Shown here in pieces: positions 36,907 to 39,939 of a DNA stretch of 39,939 nucleotides. Each line of letters starts with the position of its first letter. Within the stretch, counting starts at the first letter, position 1. Under the pieces are notes generated by a model. That model was not told the DNA's origin and searched no databases. It saw only the letters and a program-made list of their open reading frames with translations. Made by a program: the position numbers and the translations under genes. Source of the DNA: a virus (lineage: Duplodnaviria > Heunggongvirae > Uroviricota > Caudoviricetes); the IMG/VR virus record IMGVR_UViG_2671180758_000025; one strand, written 5' to 3'.

Positions 36907-38625
36907 TTAGAACTCCACTCCATTGAACTGGATCACAAAATTAGCGCCATCTTTTATTAAATAGTTATCGCCTTCATCAGGTTCTGAATACCATATTTTA
37001 TGATGTGCAACAGCAAGGTTTTCTCGACATAGATACAGACCTACCCCATGTCCATTTGCTCTTTTGCTATAAAATAGTTCAAATAGTCGCGGGATATCAT
37101 CGGTATCAATTGCCGGACCAGAATTTGCTATGATAACCAAAGAATTCACAAAACCAATATTTATGAGCCTATTATTTGACAGACTGACCCAATACATTGC
37201 ATTGTTGATAATATTAGTAAAAACAGGATAGATCCTTGATGGTATATCTGTTATTGCGATTTGCTTAAACTCTTCACTAAATTCAATAGTTATTCGTTGC
37301 CGTTCGAAACGCTCCCCAAAGAACTTCAGGACATAATCCATGATATTTTTTCCAGTTATTCTCTGCCTGGATTGATAACCTGATATTTTCAAAGGTGATA
37401 AGAAACGTATTTGTTGAGTAAGCGATCTGTGAGCATTTAACGCCAATGAAAAACCAGGGTGTTCTTTTACAGAAGTAGGAAGAGAGTTTAGTCCTCTGGT
37501 TACCATAGAATCCATTTCTTCAAGTTCATGAGATATTATCTCAACACTAATACCTAACTGTGCAAGCGCGTTTAAACTTTTAGCTTTTTCTTCAAAATAT
37601 GAGCGTTCTTCTTCAGATAATGAGAATGCTGAATCTAAGTTTATACCTTCAAATAATCTATCGAGACCTTTTATTATTGATTGATATTTGAAAGTTAGGG
37701 TATCAACTGACTCAACATATAAACTATCGAGCAAATTAAACACATTTTCAATTTGTGAATCATTATCTATTGAATCAACAACTGATATAGTTTTAGCATA
37801 ATAATCACTTCGATCAACCTTTATTTCATCGGCCCATTTTTTTAAAAGAGAATGTATCTTCTCCTCTATCGTGTTATTAAACTTAGTTAGTTTAGAATTA
37901 ATAATACCTTGATTTTTTTCAAGGTGATTTTTCGCTGACAATGAAGGCTCAAGTTTATTTAATTCAGAATCAAGTTTATTAATTGCTAACTTCATTTGTA
38001 GAATATACGCAGAGAATTCATTAAATTTATCTCTGTAGTCTCTATATTTCTCTTCATACATTCCAAGTTTTGGAGGTTTGATAGGCGTTTTAATTTCACT
38101 GCGCAACGCATCTAAGTTTGTAAGATCACTGTCTATAATTTTAAGATAGTTTAAATCTAACGAACCATCAGTTTTATCAAGCTTAGTTTTCAGCCTTTTA
38201 ACAGCCTCCAAGGAAGCATCAAGAACTGGTGTCTGATTCTTCAAAGCTTCTGAAAAACTTTTTTGTGTTGATTTTCGAGCTTGTTGTTGAGCAGATTTTC
38301 TTAACTCTTTTTCACGCTTAACTTGTTCTAAAAGCTCTTTACGGTCATCAGAACGTGAACCAAAAAATCTATCAGCAAGTTCAGTTAACAAATTAGATAT
38401 AATAGTTTTCAGTTCTCTTGCAGCCTGGTTTCTTATGAATCCCTCTCTCCCCGACTTATCTTTCAGCTCTTTATTACTGGATTGAGTAATTCCAATATAA
38501 CCAAAAATCCTTCTATTAGACCAATAATATCGCCCTGCATTCCATGAACGTCTTTCTTCTATCTGGAAGAAATCATTATCTACTCGACCATAAGGTAATA
38601 CTCTCAAGCTATCCCTAAAAATCAT
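36907..38625 (-). CDS. Cytoplasmic histidine-kinase-like protein (HisKA + HATPase_c core); 5' end may be disrupted
   Basis: C-terminal third carries H-box-like ISHELEEM, N-box NIINNAMYW, G1-like ANSGPAID, F-box FELFYS and G2 GHGVGLYLC. No TM helices; Lys/Glu-rich coiled-coil N-terminal region. The frame stays open upstream to the IS3 end. Confidence 0.7.
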   Translation of the reverse strand: MIFRDSLRVLPYGRVDNDFFQIEERRSWNAGRYYWSNRRIFGYIGITQSSNKELKDKSGREGFIRNQAARELKTIISNLLTELADRFFGSRSDDRKELLEQVKREKELRKSAQQQARKSTQKSFSEALKNQTPVLDASLEAVKRLKTKLDKTDGSLDLNYLKIIDSDLTNLDALRSEIKTPIKPPKLGMYEEKYRDYRDKFNEFSAYILQMKLAINKLDSELNKLEPSLSAKNHLEKNQGIINSKLTKFNNTIEEKIHSLLKKWADEIKVDRSDYYAKTISVVDSIDNDSQIENVFNLLDSLYVESVDTLTFKYQSIIKGLDRLFEGINLDSAFSLSEEERSYFEEKAKSLNALAQLGISVEIISHELEEMDSMVTRGLNSLPTSVKEHPGFSLALNAHRSLTQQIRFLSPLKISGYQSRQRITGKNIMDYVLKFFGERFERQRITIEFSEEFKQIAITDIPSRIYPVFTNIINNAMYWVSLSNNRLINIGFVNSLVIIANSGPAIDTDDIPRLFELFYSKRANGHGVGLYLCRENLAVAHHKIWYSEPDEGDNYLIKDGANFVIQFNGVEF

Positions 38626-38776
38626 TAGTCCTGCATACTTTTTGGCCTTAAGATCAAAGTGGGAATGTTCACGTTCAGTATGTGATGTATTTTGTGAAAG
38701 GAATTCAAACGTTCCTATCTGAAGCTCAAATGGGCCGACCCCTGCGTGATCCTACCCACGTAATATGGACACAGGC

Positions 38777-39643
38777 CTAAGCGAGGTTCTTGTTTTCAAA
38801 TTGTTCCGGACTGAGGCCGCCACACCAACTGTGCCGCCGCCACCGATTGTAATCACATTCGATATAATTAAACACCGTTGCCCGCATTATTTCCCGGCTG
38901 ATAAAGTGTTCTCCATGGATACATTCCACTTTCAGCGAATGAAAGAAGCTTTCCACGCAGGCATTATCGTAGCAGCAACCTTTTGCGCTCATACTTCCAC
39001 GCAGATTATGCCGCTTCAGTTGCGCCTGATAATCTGCTGAACAGTACTGGCCTCCACGGTCCGTGTGAACGATAACGTTCCGGGGCCTCTTACGCCGCCA
39101 CAGCGCCATCTGCAGGGCATCGCAGGCCAGTTGCGCCGTCATGCGTGGCGACATTGACCAGCCAATAACGGCACGTGACCACAGGTCAATGACCACTGCC
39201 AGATACAGCCAGCCTTCATCTGTACGTAAGTACGTGATGTCTCCTGCCCACTTCTGGTTCGGGCCACTGGCGTAAAAATCCTGCTCCAACAGATTTTCTG
39301 ACACAGGCAGACCGTGTGCGCGGTAGCAGACCGGGCTGAACTTCCGGGAGGCCTTTGCCCTCAGTCCCTGACGGCGCAGGCTTGCCGCCACGGTTTTTAC
39401 GTTAAAGGGGTAACCCTGAGCACGCAGTTCATCCGTCAGGCGTGGGGCACCGTAACGCTGTTTTGACCGGGTAAAAGCCGCGAGGACAACGCTGTCGCAG
39501 TGTTGGCGGAACTGCTGACGCGTGCTTATCCTTGTCCGCCGCTGACACCACGTATACCAGCCGCCGCGGGCCACCCGGAGCACGCGGCACATTGCTTTGA
39601 TGCTGAACTCAGCCTGATGTTTTTCAATAAAGACATACTTCAT
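38777..39643 (-). CDS. insF: IS3 transposase OrfB (integrase core)
   Basis: 288-aa ORF recognised as IS3 InsF; normally expressed as an OrfAB fusion by -1 frameshift. Confidence 0.9.
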   Translation of the reverse strand: MKYVFIEKHQAEFSIKAMCRVLRVARGGWYTWCQRRTRISTRQQFRQHCDSVVLAAFTRSKQRYGAPRLTDELRAQGYPFNVKTVAASLRRQGLRAKASRKFSPVCYRAHGLPVSENLLEQDFYASGPNQKWAGDITYLRTDEGWLYLAVVIDLWSRAVIGWSMSPRMTAQLACDALQMALWRRKRPRNVIVHTDRGGQYCSADYQAQLKRHNLRGSMSAKGCCYDNACVESFFHSLKVECIHGEHFISREIMRATVFNYIECDYNRWRRHSWCGGLSPEQFENKNLA

Positions 39644-39939
39644 TTCAGGCGCTTCGCGAAGTATGTCGCGGCCTTTTGGAGGATAGCCAGCTCTTCATCC
39701 CGTTCTGCCAGCTGGCGTTTGAGACGTGCAATCTCGGTAGACATCTCCAGTTCACGTTCAGAAGACGTCTGCTGATTTTGCTGTTTACTGCGCCAGTTGT
39801 AGAGCTGTGATTCATACAGGCTGAGTTCACGGGCTGCGGCAGTAACACCGATGCGTTCAGCAAGCTTCAGGGCTTCACTGCGAAATTCAGGCGAATGCTG
39901 TTTACGGGGTTTTTTACTGGTTGATACTGTTTTTGTCAT
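39640..39939 (-). CDS. insE: IS3 transposase OrfA (HTH)
   Basis: 99-aa ORF recognised as IS3 InsE; its start codon is the last triplet of the window. Confidence 0.9.
   Translation of the reverse strand: MTKTVSTSKKPRKQHSPEFRSEALKLAERIGVTAAARELSLYESQLYNWRSKQQNQQTSSERELEMSTEIARLKRQLAERDEELAILQKAATYFAKRLK

Larger units (their letters stand above)
33236..39939. mobile_element. Second ssrA-associated integrative island (partial; runs off the window)
   Basis: Begins right after att copy 2 with a P4-type integrase; carries AT-rich cargo and an IS3 copy. Confidence 0.7.
38747..39939 (-). mobile_element. IS3 insertion sequence (right end present; left end beyond the window)
   Basis: Terminal repeat TGATCCTACCCACGTAATATGGACACAGGCC at 38747; both transposase ORFs match E. 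coli IS3 InsE/InsF from memory. Confidence 0.9.

Noticed and set aside
38765-39040. 91-aa plus-strand ORF
   Set aside because: Antisense within the IS3 transposase gene.
1-39939. CRISPR arrays, tRNA or rRNA genes
   Set aside because: No short regularly spaced repeats and no tRNA-like or rRNA-like sequence seen on reading the window; the only structured RNA gene is ssrA.

Overview
This window is an E. coli-type smpB-ssrA locus with two integrative elements inserted in tandem at the 3' end of the tmRNA gene. All calls are from reading the sequence and the supplied ORF translations, with family assignments recalled from memory; no database search or computation was run. (1) A complete P2/186-family prophage of about 32 kb lies between 45-bp direct repeats (1016-1060 and 33191-33235). 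It carries a P2-like late region (ogr, D-U-T-E/E'-FII-FI, tail fibre and assembly, baseplate I-J-W-V, S-R, lysis cassette, X-L-M-N-O, divergent P-Q) and a 186-like early/immunity region (A, dam, apl, cII, cI, int). Three TGT-N12-ACA boxes sit where late promoters are expected. AT-rich cargo sits at four places: a WYL-like/BRCT-like gene next to ssrA, a zinc-ribbon gene between Q and a cos-like site, a LexA-box-preceded small-gene/DinI-like pair followed by a membrane-anchored protein between cos and A, and a membrane protein between int and the att core. (2) A second island starts at 33236 with a P4-type integrase. It carries an AT-rich overlapping gene pair encoding a cytoplasmic histidine-kinase-like protein and a receiver-domain protein with a large unrecognised C-terminal domain, which I regard as the best candidate for an undescribed two-component-style defence system. 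An IS3 copy abuts the 5' side of the kinase gene and runs off the window end.
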